Assembly: GCA_002070055.1 (NCBI GenBank)
Contig: MWCM01000001.1
Location: 16,308-80,307, forward strand
Direction: 5' to 3'
DNA length: 64,000 nt
Source: a bacterium ADurb.Bin212
GTDB taxonomy: Bacteria > Patescibacteriota > UBA1384 > XYA2-FULL-43-10
The translations under genes were made by a program, and so were the position numbers. Positions 1 through 9,160 of the stretch are shown here, piece by piece. How positions within the stretch are numbered: position 1 is the stretch's first letter; the number at the start of each line of letters is the position of its first letter. Below the pieces are notes generated by a model. It saw nothing but the letters and a program-made list of their open reading frames with translations, was not told the DNA's origin and searched no databases.

Positions 1-327
1 AGTGAAAAGCGTCACATACATGCCATGCTCTGCGCACTGCTGCAGAAACCACATAGTTAGTTCCCGGTTGGCCGGCACGAACGGCTCGCCGGCGCCGGGG
101 ACGCCGATGGAATCGACGCCCATCTCCTTGGCCTCGTCGAGGATCTTCACGTAGTCATCGCGAGTCATCAGATCTTCGACGCGCAGCTTCTCCCCGCCAC
201 AGGCGTAGCAGTAGCTACATGCCAGGTTGCACCAGCCGGGGAATTCAATCCAAAGCGATTGCAAATTGCCGGTGTTCTTACGTTCGAGTCCGTGCTGAAC
301 CGCCTTTGCGCTAACATTCTTTTTCAT
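1..327 (-). CDS. radical SAM protein, N-terminal fragment (3' part outside window)
   Basis: Reverse-strand ORF starts at ATG 327 with an AGGAGA RBS. Translation MKKNVSAKAV...WCNLACSYCYACGG has the CxxxCxxC radical SAM cluster motif, followed by a GAGEP glycine-rich motif. GC-rich relative to the rest of the window. Confidence 0.6.
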   Translation of the reverse strand, partial: MKKNVSAKAVQHGLERKNTGNLQSLWIEFPGWCNLACSYCYACGGEKLRVEDLMTRDDYVKILDEAKEMGVDSIGVPGAGEPFVPANRELTMWFLQQCAEHGMYVTLFT

Positions 328-552
328 TTTGATATCTCCTGGTGCCCCATTTTGGGGCTTATTTTGTTAATGTCCCTCCCGATGATTGGTTTTAAAACCT
401 CTCATCGTGACAGCGCATTGTAACAGAATATTCACAAAATGTCCAGACCATATCACAACAACCAGACCTATTATAATAGCTAATATGAAGCTAATATTGA
501 CAAATTAAGCTAACATCATTACAATATGTGAAGAAAAATTAACAACAAAACT

Positions 553-1737
553 ATGGATAAAATTGTTGAAAAATTGGCGGGAATTGGTATTGAGGAAAAG
601 CCGGCAAGAGTATACTTGGCTACTCTTGAGATCGGTGGCGGCTTAGCCTCTGAGATTGCTCAAAAAGCCGGCATTGAGCGAACGCACACATATCATCTGC
701 TTGAACAGCTTATACGTGAGGGTCTAGTTTATCGTTCAGAAAAGGGCAATAAACTGATATTTATGGCACAAAGCCCTAAAAAGATCGGGCAGCTAATAGA
801 AAGCCGTCTAGAACAGGCCAAGAACCTTATTCCCGAGCTTTTAATGTTGGAAGGGTCAAATACCACCAAACCAAAGATTAAACTCTATGAGGGCATAGAG
901 GGGATAAAACAGCTGTTTGAGGAGACCTTAGACTTGCCGCGTGGCACAGAAACCTTGGCCTACTCTTCGGCAGAGTCAATTCATGATTATTTAAAAGAGT
1001 ATGTGCCACAGTATCTAAAGCGTCGTGTGCGCAAGGGCATCAGTCAGCGTGCAATCGCTGAGAACAGCGAAGAGGCAAGAGAACATCAAAAAATGGACGC
1101 AGAGGAGTCGCGCCAGACTAGGTTAGTTGATAGAAACAAATTTCCTTTCAAAAACGAGATCAATATATTTGGCAATAAGATTATGATCGCGTCATACCGA
1201 GATTTAATGGGCGTGATAATAGAGTCAAAAGAGATTGCTGACACCCAGCGCGCGATCTTTGAATTGGCATGGCTCGGCACTCGTGATGCAGATGGTAAAG
1301 TGCTCAATAAAGAGATAGCAGAAAATGAGCTAAGGAAGGTGGAAAAGATTCGCAAAACTACTCAAAAAGTGATATTCGAACATGATGGTAAAATTCTCAT
1401 GATGAAGGACACCAAAAATCACTGGGAGCTGCCTGGGGGCACGATTGATTTCGCAGAGGACGCTGATGTTGCATTGATGCGTGAATTAAAAGAGGAGATG
1501 GGGCTTGATCCACAGCAATATAATATTGAGAATATAATAGGCAACTTCAAGATTGTTAGAGAATTTCCGGATAAACATTATCATTTTTTAGTTTTGGTTT
1601 ATCGTGGCAAACTTAAAGTGGCTGATTTCCAAATTTCAAGTGAACACACCGAGTTTGGTTGGTTTACAATTCCCGAGATATTAGAGTTAGATATGGTGTC
1701 GGGTTATAAAGAGTTTTTTGCCAATATAACGTTGTGA
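553..1737 (+). CDS. TrmB-family HTH transcriptional regulator fused to a C-terminal Nudix hydrolase domain
   Basis: N-terminus matches TrmB-like wHTH (KPARVYLATLEIGGGLASEIAQKAGIERTHTYHLLEQLIREGLV). C-terminus carries a Nudix box (PGGTIDFAEDADVALMRELKEEMG). The middle segment (FPFKNEINIFGNKI...IIESKEIADTQRAIFELAW) is shared with the paralogs at 9412, 12331 and 25377. Confidence 0.65.
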   Translation: MDKIVEKLAGIGIEEKPARVYLATLEIGGGLASEIAQKAGIERTHTYHLLEQLIREGLVYRSEKGNKLIFMAQSPKKIGQLIESRLEQAKNLIPELLMLEGSNTTKPKIKLYEGIEGIKQLFEETLDLPRGTETLAYSSAESIHDYLKEYVPQYLKRRVRKGISQRAIAENSEEAREHQKMDAEESRQTRLVDRNKFPFKNEINIFGNKIMIASYRDLMGVIIESKEIADTQRAIFELAWLGTRDADGKVLNKEIAENELRKVEKIRKTTQKVIFEHDGKILMMKDTKNHWELPGGTIDFAEDADVALMRELKEEMGLDPQQYNIENIIGNFKIVREFPDKHYHFLVLVYRGKLKVADFQISSEHTEFGWFTIPEILELDMVSGYKEFFANITL

Positions 1738-1785
1738 TATATTAGATAAGGTCGACACCTTTTCAATTATCGCAGAAGGGATTTT

Positions 1786-2139
1786 ATGGATATAAATGAT
1801 CATAATACAACTGAGAATCTGGAAGAGAATACGAATACTCATATAGAGGCCCCTAAAGCTCGAAATGAATATAGTTTAAATGATCAAGTTGCGGAGATTT
1901 TTGCTTCTGAAATTATCAGTAGGTGCGAAGCCTTGCCAATAAATGATTCCATATCATTTACCTCCGGAACACCCATTACCGACAAAGCGGTCGGGATTAT
2001 TGATAAGCATTTTGATATAAATCAAGCTGGAGAGCCGATGGCCAAAGATCCATATATCGAGATTTTTAGAGGCGGCAAAGATATTCAAAAACGACGCCAT
2101 AAAATATTAAAAACCATCTATTATCGTAAGTTTTTATAA
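1786..2139 (+). CDS. hypothetical protein
   Basis: 117-aa ORF with no recognisable motif; host-like composition. Confidence 0.35.
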   Translation: MDINDHNTTENLEENTNTHIEAPKARNEYSLNDQVAEIFASEIISRCEALPINDSISFTSGTPITDKAVGIIDKHFDINQAGEPMAKDPYIEIFRGGKDIQKRRHKILKTIYYRKFL

Positions 2140-2228
2140 TTCTACTGACGAACTTAATTGTTATTTTTTGGAAGACATGGGGCTCTTTAATTTCTATAAA
2201 ATCTGGAATCAGCTGGAGTTAGAGGAAA

Positions 2229-2591
2229 ATGGATAAAACAAAAAACAAGACTACAGGAAGCGTGGGTGAGGATATCGCTACAGATTATTTGATCTCTAAA
2301 GGTTACAAGATCTTGCAGCGGAATTTGAGACTATTCTGTGGTGAAATCGATATTTTAGCGCAAGAGAATAGAACTCTAGTAATAGTGGAGGTAAAGACAG
2401 TGCGGGGTGCGGGATTCGGCTTGGCGCAGGATTTGGTGCGCTATAAGAAACAACAAAAACTGCGAAATTTAGCGAGGGCGATAGAACAGGAATACCCGAA
2501 CAGATCTATTAGAATCGATGTGGTTGGACTAGATTTAAGCAACCCTGAAGAGCCAAAAATAGAGCATTTAATAAATGCGGTTCAGGGATAA
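2229..2591 (+). CDS. YraN/UPF0102-family endonuclease
   Basis: 120 aa; DIATDYLISKGYKIL...EIDILA...LVIVEVKT pattern typical of the UPF0102 (YraN) PD-(D/E)xK-like family. Confidence 0.6.
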   Translation: MDKTKNKTTGSVGEDIATDYLISKGYKILQRNLRLFCGEIDILAQENRTLVIVEVKTVRGAGFGLAQDLVRYKKQQKLRNLARAIEQEYPNRSIRIDVVGLDLSNPEEPKIEHLINAVQG

Positions 2592-2745
2592 AAAAGTAAT
2601 AGTTACAATTAAAAAATTGGATGATTATCGTTTAAACTTTTGGCTTATTGTTTTTGGGTTTTAATTTATATTATGGCGCCAGGCGCCATTTTGTGCTAAT
2701 GTGACGGCTAGAGAGCGAATATCTTGCCGTCTTGGAGGTCGCACC

Positions 2746-3459
2746 ATGAAAGGCGTACTGTATTTTTCGATGCCGAAGTGGTTGGCGAAAGCCTGGCGGG
2801 AGATTTTTCCGCCAGGCGTACTGGACTGTTTCGCCAGGGGATGGAGGCTTGTGATGGCCATCGTTATCGTCATATTCGTGCTGGTGGTGGCTGCCCTCAT
2901 GTCCATCGTGCCGGCAGATGCGGATGAAGCTGCGCCGCTGAGCCTGCCGATGGCCCTCACCGAGATGGTCCGGCTTCACAATGCCGGACTACTGCTCGAC
3001 ATCACCTTGTCGAGTGAACAGTATGTGGGAGAGCTGTTGCCGGATTCGAGCTGGCGTTTTCGGCTCGAGGACGGTTGGCGGCCGTGCGCCGATGGTTTGG
3101 CGCGCTTTGTTAGGCTTGGTGGCAAGCTTCGAGCAGTTGAGCTTGTGCCACCTTCCTCGGTGATGGCAAGAGCCGGAGAGGTTAAGCCCGACACCAAGCT
3201 CTTCAGGCCAAGCAGCCTGGCAGTAGTGTCCCGCCAGTTTGCATCGGCACTGGTGCCGGAATCCCAACCTGAGCAGTGGAGTCTAGGGCTTTGCGTTGGT
3301 GTGCCCGCCGAGGGCAAGGCTACGATTCTGTTGCATAACTCTGGCCAAGGGCGGAGGCTGTTACTAACCTTGGTGGGAGTGTTGCGCGGCGACCAGCGCA
3401 AGATGGAGGTCGCCGGTTTCCGTATTGAGGAGGTGGAGAGCAAGCCCCGGCTGGAGTAA
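2746..3459 (+). CDS. hypothetical single-pass membrane protein (GC-rich island gene)
   Basis: Start chosen at ATG 2746 with a GGAGGT RBS; the track ORF begins at 2701. One TM helix (MAIVIVIFVLVVAALMSIV) then an Ala/Leu/Arg-rich soluble domain. About 60 % GC, far above neighbouring genes, and followed by a stem-loop plus T8 terminator. Confidence 0.45.
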   Translation: MKGVLYFSMPKWLAKAWREIFPPGVLDCFARGWRLVMAIVIVIFVLVVAALMSIVPADADEAAPLSLPMALTEMVRLHNAGLLLDITLSSEQYVGELLPDSSWRFRLEDGWRPCADGLARFVRLGGKLRAVELVPPSSVMARAGEVKPDTKLFRPSSLAVVSRQFASALVPESQPEQWSLGLCVGVPAEGKATILLHNSGQGRRLLLTLVGVLRGDQRKMEVAGFRIEEVESKPRLE

Positions 3460-3480
3460 TTCCGGTCGGGGTGTCGTTTT
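3447..3480 (+). terminator. rho-independent terminator-like hairpin plus T8
   Basis: ccccggctgg...ccggtcgggg stem followed by a tttttttt run, at the GC-rich/AT-rich junction. Confidence 0.4.
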
Positions 3481-3511
3481 TTTTATCAATTCATTGTGTT
3501 ATTATAGAGCT

Positions 3512-4915
3512 ATGATTAGAACCAGATACGCACCCAGTCCGACGGGTGACCCGCACATCGGCAACATCCGGACTGCTCTTTTTGAGTATTTGTTCGCCAG
3601 ATCACAAGGTGGTGAGTTTTTGTTGCGTATAGAAGACACCGATCGCGAACGTTTTGTAGAGGGCGGGGTTGAGCGTATTGTAGAATCTCTCAAATGGCTT
3701 GGCATTACGCCGGATAATATTGGCAATTTTCCCTATCAATCGGAGCGGCTTGAAGTATATAAAAAGCATGCCTTTGATTTGGTGCGTTCTGGCTACGCCT
3801 ACATTTGCACCTGTAGCAAGGAGAAGCTGGCGGCAGACCACGAGCATCAGGCCAAGGAAGGCAAACCGCCGCGTTACGAGGGGCATTGTCGCACCTCTGA
3901 ATTTAATCTCAAAGATCTAAAAGAGGGTTGCTATGTGATACGCATGAAAATGCCAGAGAATCGCAAAATTATTGTTAGCGATTTGATTAAGGGCAAAGTA
4001 GAATTTGATACATCGCTTCTAGACGATCAGATTATTCTTAAAAGCGACGGCTTTCCTACCTATCATTTAGCTGTGGTTGTAGATGATACTGAGATGGGTA
4101 TTACACACGTGATCCGTGGCGACGAATGGCTCTCATCTACCCCTAAACATCTTTTGCTTTATGAATATTTTGGTTGGGAATCACCGCAGTTTGCTCATCT
4201 GCCGGTGATACTTGGACCGGATAAAAAGAAATTGTCCAAACGTCACGGTGCTACGAGCGCGCTAGGCTATAAAGATTTAGGCTATCTGCCCGAGGCAATA
4301 ATTAACTTTATGGCACTTCTTGGCTGGAATCCAAAAGATGAGCGCGAGGAATTTACGCTTTCTGAGCTTGAAAAAGAGTTTAAAATAGAAAATGTTAATA
4401 AGGCGCCAGCGGTATTTGATATAGAAAAGCTAAATAGCATCAACGCTCAAAAGATCAAGGATCAAATATTAAAAATCAAAACGACAGATAATAAATCTAA
4501 ATATCTGGATACTTTCGGAGTCGATGGTCTTAGAGAGGGCGAGTTGGATCTAATTGGTCGCGGAGGTTATAATACTCTAAAAGAGGCGGCGGATTATATC
4601 AAGAAACTTAGAGCCGGATCAGATTATGCACCAGAGATGCTAATCTTCCGTAAGTCAGACAAAGAAAGAACGCTAACGGGGTTGCAAAATGCAAGAAGTA
4701 AAATGCAACAACTAAACAAATGGGAAAATGACGAAATTCAAAATGCCTTATTGCAGGTCGTAACTGAAAATCAGCTATCAAACGGTGATGTTTTTTGGCC
4801 GGTTCGTGTTGCACTCTCCGGTGAAGAAAAATCACCAAGCCCTGTGGAGCTGGCAGTTGCGCTGGGCAAAGAGGAAACGCTTAAACGGGTGGAAGGGGCC
4901 ATAGATAAGCTATAA
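3512..4915 (+). CDS. gltX: glutamyl-tRNA synthetase
   Basis: MIRTRYAPSPTGDPHIGNIRTALF contains the HIGH motif; KLSKR is the KMSKS motif; length fits a class I GluRS. Start moved to ATG 3512; the track ORF extends upstream into the GC-rich gene. Confidence 0.85.
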   Translation: MIRTRYAPSPTGDPHIGNIRTALFEYLFARSQGGEFLLRIEDTDRERFVEGGVERIVESLKWLGITPDNIGNFPYQSERLEVYKKHAFDLVRSGYAYICTCSKEKLAADHEHQAKEGKPPRYEGHCRTSEFNLKDLKEGCYVIRMKMPENRKIIVSDLIKGKVEFDTSLLDDQIILKSDGFPTYHLAVVVDDTEMGITHVIRGDEWLSSTPKHLLLYEYFGWESPQFAHLPVILGPDKKKLSKRHGATSALGYKDLGYLPEAIINFMALLGWNPKDEREEFTLSELEKEFKIENVNKAPAVFDIEKLNSINAQKIKDQILKIKTTDNKSKYLDTFGVDGLREGELDLIGRGGYNTLKEAADYIKKLRAGSDYAPEMLIFRKSDKERTLTGLQNARSKMQQLNKWENDEIQNALLQVVTENQLSNGDVFWPVRVALSGEEKSPSPVELAVALGKEETLKRVEGAIDKL

Positions 4916-4925
4916 GGAGACTGTT

Positions 4926-5924
4926 ATGTCAGAGGAAGAGAAGAAAGAAGGGATCGGCGGGATTCCGACCGAACTATTGCCATATGATGCCGGCAATGAT
5001 GATTTGGTTATGGGCAGGCAGGAAATAATGCTTGGGGAGGAAAGAGCCTGTGTTTTGGACGCATACACCAAAGCCGGCAAGCCAAATAGGCCGAACGAGG
5101 ATGCTTACGCCATAGTTCAAAGTGGAGCCCAAAAAGAGTTGCTGACAGCAGGTGTCTTCGATGGGATCTCCAGCGTAGTAGACCTGCCTGACTTAAAAGG
5201 TGTTAAAGGCGCCAGATTCGCTTCTCATTTTATAAGAATGCGCTTTTTAGAGTTGGCGGGCAACCCCGATATCGGTTTAAAGGATTTAATGATCGAGCTT
5301 AATCGTCTTCTTGGTGAGGCCAATTCCCAGCTTGAGGGGGCAGATTTTGACAAGCCAAGCACAGTTCCATCAACCACCGCTACCATGGTAAGAGTTAATA
5401 CTGTAGAAAACAAGATTGAAATCGCGGACTGTGCCGATTCGATATGCTTGGTATTTTATAAGGACGGGAGTTCGAAAGTGCTTTCTTTTGATACTAACCT
5501 ATTTCATATGGATGGTGGTCTTAAAAAAATTAGACCAGAGGAGTACAAACAAGCCAAAGATGAGGGAAGAAATGTGGCATGGGGTTTTGATAACAAAAAC
5601 AATCCCAAAGATGGTACTTATGGCACAGGAGCATTAAACGGTTCGGAGATGTTTGAGAGATACATTATGTCCGACCAAATAGATTTAGATGGTGTCGAGG
5701 CAATTTTCATGTCGTCTGACGGTATGTTGCCTCCGGATCTATCACAGTATGCCCCGGAAGATCGCAGGCAAATGCTACAAATTTTAAGGGAAGGTGGATG
5801 TGCGGCTTTAAAGGAAAGAGTCAACCAGGCATTTGAGTCTGGAGATCAAAGCAAATGGACGAGGCCATCGAGTCCAGATGATGCAACCGGAGTCTTTATT
5901 GATCTGAAACAAGTAACTGAATAG
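4926..5924 (+). CDS. PP2C-family protein serine/threonine phosphatase-like
   Basis: PNEDAYAI and VFDGISS motifs resemble the PP2C metal-binding motifs; 332 aa. Confidence 0.5.
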   Translation: MSEEEKKEGIGGIPTELLPYDAGNDDLVMGRQEIMLGEERACVLDAYTKAGKPNRPNEDAYAIVQSGAQKELLTAGVFDGISSVVDLPDLKGVKGARFASHFIRMRFLELAGNPDIGLKDLMIELNRLLGEANSQLEGADFDKPSTVPSTTATMVRVNTVENKIEIADCADSICLVFYKDGSSKVLSFDTNLFHMDGGLKKIRPEEYKQAKDEGRNVAWGFDNKNNPKDGTYGTGALNGSEMFERYIMSDQIDLDGVEAIFMSSDGMLPPDLSQYAPEDRRQMLQILREGGCAALKERVNQAFESGDQSKWTRPSSPDDATGVFIDLKQVTE

Positions 5925-5968
5925 AAACAATATTTGTTAAGCATTTTGATACATATAAAATCGGAGGG

Positions 5969-7105
5969 GTGTTGAGCAATCAACAATCAAAAATCAAATT
6001 AGTGCAAATTATTGCTGATTCTGATCTTTCTGGTGGCCCAAGACATGTTTTGGGTCTGCTTTCTAGCATAAACAGATCAAAATTCGAGTGTTTTTTGATA
6101 TGCCCAAACGGAAACTTATCTCGCGAAGCCAAAGAGATCTCTCGCCTTGAGGTAATTAATATCGAGATGAGTTCGAAGTTTGATTTGGTAGCCATGAGTT
6201 CCATAAACAAAATTCTGTCCCAGATACAATCTCAGAACAATCCATTTGGTCCCATGATAGTACATACTCATGGCACCAGAGCCGGCTTTCTGGGGCGGAT
6301 GTCTCTTCCAAAAGGAGTTTTGAGTGTTTACACAGAGCATCGTTGGGACGCTGACTATCATTTGGAAAATCGTATAAACGAGTGGCTACAACTATATTGG
6401 CTTAAGAGGCTAAATCAAAAAACTCATTTAATAATCGCTGTTTCGAACTCGGTTAGAGATTTTTTAATAAACAGAAAACTGGCTCCTGATGCGCGCATTA
6501 GGGTTATACATAATGGAATAGATTTACAAAATGCAAAAAGCAAAATGCAAAAAGCAAAAAATAGCAAAGGGAATCATTTTATTATCGGGAATGTGGGAAA
6601 TTTAAACCACCAAAAAGGTCATGAGTATTTGATAGAGGCAATGCCAGAGATTCTGGAACACTACCCTCATGCCATGCTAGAGATAATTGGTGAGGGCGAG
6701 GAAAGAAAAAATTTAGAATCTAAAATTCAAGATTTAAAATTGGAGAGACATGTAACTCTTTTGGGTAAACAAGTCGACCCGATGTCATTTATGGCCAAAT
6801 GGGATCTTTTTGTTCTGCCCTCTGTCGCCGAAACCTTTGGCATAGTGGTTTTGGAGGCGATGAGCCAAAAACTGCCGGTTGTGGCCACACAAGTCGGTGG
6901 AGTGCCGGATATTATTAAACACAATAAAAACGGTATTTTGGTGTCTCCGCACAGTCCTGAGTCGATTGCCGAAGCAACCATTGAACTTTTGTCTCGTCCG
7001 GCGAAGATGGAACAGCTCGCCCGCAACGCCTCCGACAGAGTAAAAGATTTTGATTGGAAAAAGATTGTGAGCAAAGTGGAAAGGGAATATCTAGAACTAA
7101 TTTAA
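5969..7105 (+). CDS. glycosyltransferase family 4 (GT-B)
   Basis: N-terminal KLVQIIADSDLSGGPRHVLGL and C-terminal EAMSQKLPVVATQVGGVPDIIKHNKNGILV are typical GT4 motifs. Confidence 0.75.
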   Translation: MLSNQQSKIKLVQIIADSDLSGGPRHVLGLLSSINRSKFECFLICPNGNLSREAKEISRLEVINIEMSSKFDLVAMSSINKILSQIQSQNNPFGPMIVHTHGTRAGFLGRMSLPKGVLSVYTEHRWDADYHLENRINEWLQLYWLKRLNQKTHLIIAVSNSVRDFLINRKLAPDARIRVIHNGIDLQNAKSKMQKAKNSKGNHFIIGNVGNLNHQKGHEYLIEAMPEILEHYPHAMLEIIGEGEERKNLESKIQDLKLERHVTLLGKQVDPMSFMAKWDLFVLPSVAETFGIVVLEAMSQKLPVVATQVGGVPDIIKHNKNGILVSPHSPESIAEATIELLSRPAKMEQLARNASDRVKDFDWKKIVSKVEREYLELI

Positions 7106-7564
7106 AATTTTCAATTTAAAATTTAAAATAAATGATAAAAACAAAAAATGGCAAATGATAAAAACAAATATGACTTAGAAGATAGAACGGAGAAGTTTGG
7201 AGAAGATATAATTAAGCTATGCAAAAAAATAAAAATTACTATTTATACTGAGCCACTTATTAAACAGCTTATAAGGTCTGGCACAAGCGTCGGTGCAAAT
7301 TACATGGAAGCAAACGGAGCCTGTTCCAAAAAAGACTTCTGCAATAAAATATACATTTGTAAAAAAGAATCACAGGAGAGCAAACACTGGTTAAAGATGC
7401 TTATATCCGCTACATGTAATCATCACGATGAGATTAGTCAACTATTGGGCGAGGCACAGCAACTATCTATGATTTTTCATAAAATATCTTCATCAAGCAA
7501 AATTAATCATTAAGCATTTTAAATTAGAGATTTATTTTAAATTCTAAATTTTAAATTGAAAATT
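7106..7564. mobile_element. small TIR-flanked cassette carrying a four-helix-bundle gene
   Basis: Left arm 7106-7129 (aattttcaatttaaaatttaaaat) and the reverse complement of right arm 7541-7564 (aattttcaatttaaaatttagaat) match at 23 of 24 positions. The cassette exactly fills the gap between the GT4 stop and the next gene start. Confidence 0.5.
7148..7513 (+). CDS. four-helix-bundle protein (23S rRNA intervening-sequence protein family, TIGR02436-like)
   Basis: 121 aa; LIRSGTSVGANYMEA and downstream KDF...HWLKML resemble the motifs of the S23-ribosomal/four-helix-bundle family. Confidence 0.6.
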   Translation: MANDKNKYDLEDRTEKFGEDIIKLCKKIKITIYTEPLIKQLIRSGTSVGANYMEANGACSKKDFCNKIYICKKESQESKHWLKMLISATCNHHDEISQLLGEAQQLSMIFHKISSSSKINH

Positions 7565-7571
7565 ATTATTT

Positions 7572-8285
7572 ATGCTTTACGTAAATAAATTCAAAAATTC
7601 CGAACTTGTTCACTCTTCCACCCGCACACATCTTAAGGTGGAGGTTTTACGAAGTGTTCATGCCGAGAGGGTTTTGGTGCTCGCGCCTCATCCGGATGAT
7701 GACGTTTTTGGTTGTGGCGCATTGCTTCATCATCTGAGCTTAAACAAAGCTCATATTAAAAGTCTCGTTTTTTGTGGCGGATCCTTAGGCAACAATAATG
7801 GAGTCAGAGATTTGGATTTGGTTGCGACTCGCGAAAAAGAAGCTGTGAGCGCCTTGCGTGAAGTTGGCGCAGGAGAGGCAAATTTTCTGCGATACGGTGA
7901 TTTGAAGTTGGGCGAACATGATAATTTGTGGGAAAAAATTTATCACGAATTTCAAGTGTTCAAACCTGATTTGGTTTTAATGCCCGACGGAAATGATTGG
8001 AACGAAGATCATGTTGCAGTGTATAGTTCTGCTTTATTGGCTCAGCGCAAAATAAAGAAGGGAAAGCCTGCTATATGGGGATATTTTGTCTGGGGAATAA
8101 ACAGGCCTAGCTATTTATTTCCTTATAATGCGGGCACCAAAAACATTAAGATGTCGGCTATGGCCTGCCATAAAAGTCAGCTTAAAGTTAAAAGATACGA
8201 TGAAGCGATAATAGGTATGAACGAATACCTCGGCAAAGGCCTAGGCCTCGAGCATTTGGCGGAGGGATATAGGGAAATTTTCTGA
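7572..8285 (+). CDS. PIG-L/LmbE-family deacetylase
   Basis: LVLAPHPDDDVFGCGALL matches the zinc-binding HPDDE-type motif of PIG-L N-acetylglucosaminyl deacetylases. Confidence 0.7.
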   Translation: MLYVNKFKNSELVHSSTRTHLKVEVLRSVHAERVLVLAPHPDDDVFGCGALLHHLSLNKAHIKSLVFCGGSLGNNNGVRDLDLVATREKEAVSALREVGAGEANFLRYGDLKLGEHDNLWEKIYHEFQVFKPDLVLMPDGNDWNEDHVAVYSSALLAQRKIKKGKPAIWGYFVWGINRPSYLFPYNAGTKNIKMSAMACHKSQLKVKRYDEAIIGMNEYLGKGLGLEHLAEGYREIF

Positions 8286-8385
8286 CGAAAATTTCAATGC
8301 CAAATTTTTAAATCATTCTTTCTAATAAAATAAGCTTTTATCATTTCTAATTAGTAAAAAACTGAAATAAATCTCTTCAGTTATA

Positions 8386-8420
8386 AAAAAGCCCCCTCCT
8401 GAATGTATCAGGCAGGGGGC
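8386..8420 (-). terminator. rho-independent terminator of the GC-rich two-gene module
   Basis: The minus strand reads CCCCCTGCCTGATACATTCAGGAGGGGG then TTTTTT, immediately 3' of the stop at 8431. Confidence 0.7.
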
Positions 8421-8430
8421 GGGTTTTGGT

Positions 8431-8775
8431 TTACCGACCGGTGGCAAACCATGCGCGCACCAGCTCGGCTGCCAGGGCGCAGCCTTCCGGCTCGCAATGG
8501 CAGGTGACAGCCATGCGCTGGTGGGTACGGTCGATGATGACGATCCGATCGGGGTAGATCGCAATCTCATCGAAAGCCACCTCGTTGCCCTCCGGGTACT
8601 CGCGCCACCACGACTTGACTTCGGTCTCATTCAGCCAACCTCCCCAGTCGTCAGGGACACCGATGGCGTCCTGGTATCTCTGACCACCTACCCAGACCTC
8701 GTCGTCCGCGCAAGGGCTGTCACAGAGGTCACTTACGAACCCGCAGAACCGAAGTGCAGCGATCAGATTGAGCAT
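8431..8775 (-). CDS. hypothetical protein (GC-rich island, distal gene of pair)
   Basis: 114 aa, Trp/acidic-rich (DDWGGWLNETEVKSWWREYPEG); GCAGGAGAC RBS; about 62 % GC. Confidence 0.45.
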   Translation of the reverse strand: MLNLIAALRFCGFVSDLCDSPCADDEVWVGGQRYQDAIGVPDDWGGWLNETEVKSWWREYPEGNEVAFDEIAIYPDRIVIIDRTHQRMAVTCHCEPEGCALAAELVRAWFATGR

Positions 8776-8896
8776 ATTAGTCTCCTGCGTTTATGGCTCG
8801 CCAGCCTTAGGTTGTGAATGTTCGAGGCTAAACCTCGGAGGAGGGTGCGATCAGTTACGATCGTACCCGGTCCATCTGAGGTGAGTAGCTTTTTGG

Positions 8897-9160
8897 CTAC
8901 TCGGGTGGGAGGGTGCCGTGTTCGGCGAAGTAAGTGATAAGCTCAATAACCCGTTGGTGATTAAGAGCCGCCTCCTCTTCGCTGTCGGCGATATGTTCGA
9001 GGTTGTTGGTGTAGTCAAGCTCTTCGTTGATCCCTGGTCCGAACGCCATTGTCTCGTAATGGTTGCGATCGGTCGGGAGAACAGTGGAAACGAGGTATTC
9101 GTTTCCGTTGATGAACAGCTTGTTGCGGAAGACGCGAACTGTCTCAGAGCGAAATTTCAT
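8897..9160 (-). CDS. hypothetical protein (GC-rich island, proximal gene of pair)
   Basis: 87 aa with an AGGTGAG RBS; same strand as the 114-aa ORF 120 bp downstream, so probably co-transcribed. Confidence 0.45.
   Translation of the reverse strand: MKFRSETVRVFRNKLFINGNEYLVSTVLPTDRNHYETMAFGPGINEELDYTNNLEHIADSEEEAALNHQRVIELITYFAEHGTLPPE

Noticed and set aside
1086-1355. Antisense ORF inside the TrmB::Nudix gene
   Set aside because: It lies fully within a well-supported coding region on the opposite strand and has no RBS or motif.
2661-3443. Multiple overlapping ORFs on both strands (2661-2979 minus, 2724-2927 plus, 2976-3443 minus, 2981-3163 plus)
   Set aside because: GC-rich DNA yields long spurious frames. 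Only the plus-frame 2746-3459 ORF has an RBS, a TM segment and a downstream terminator.
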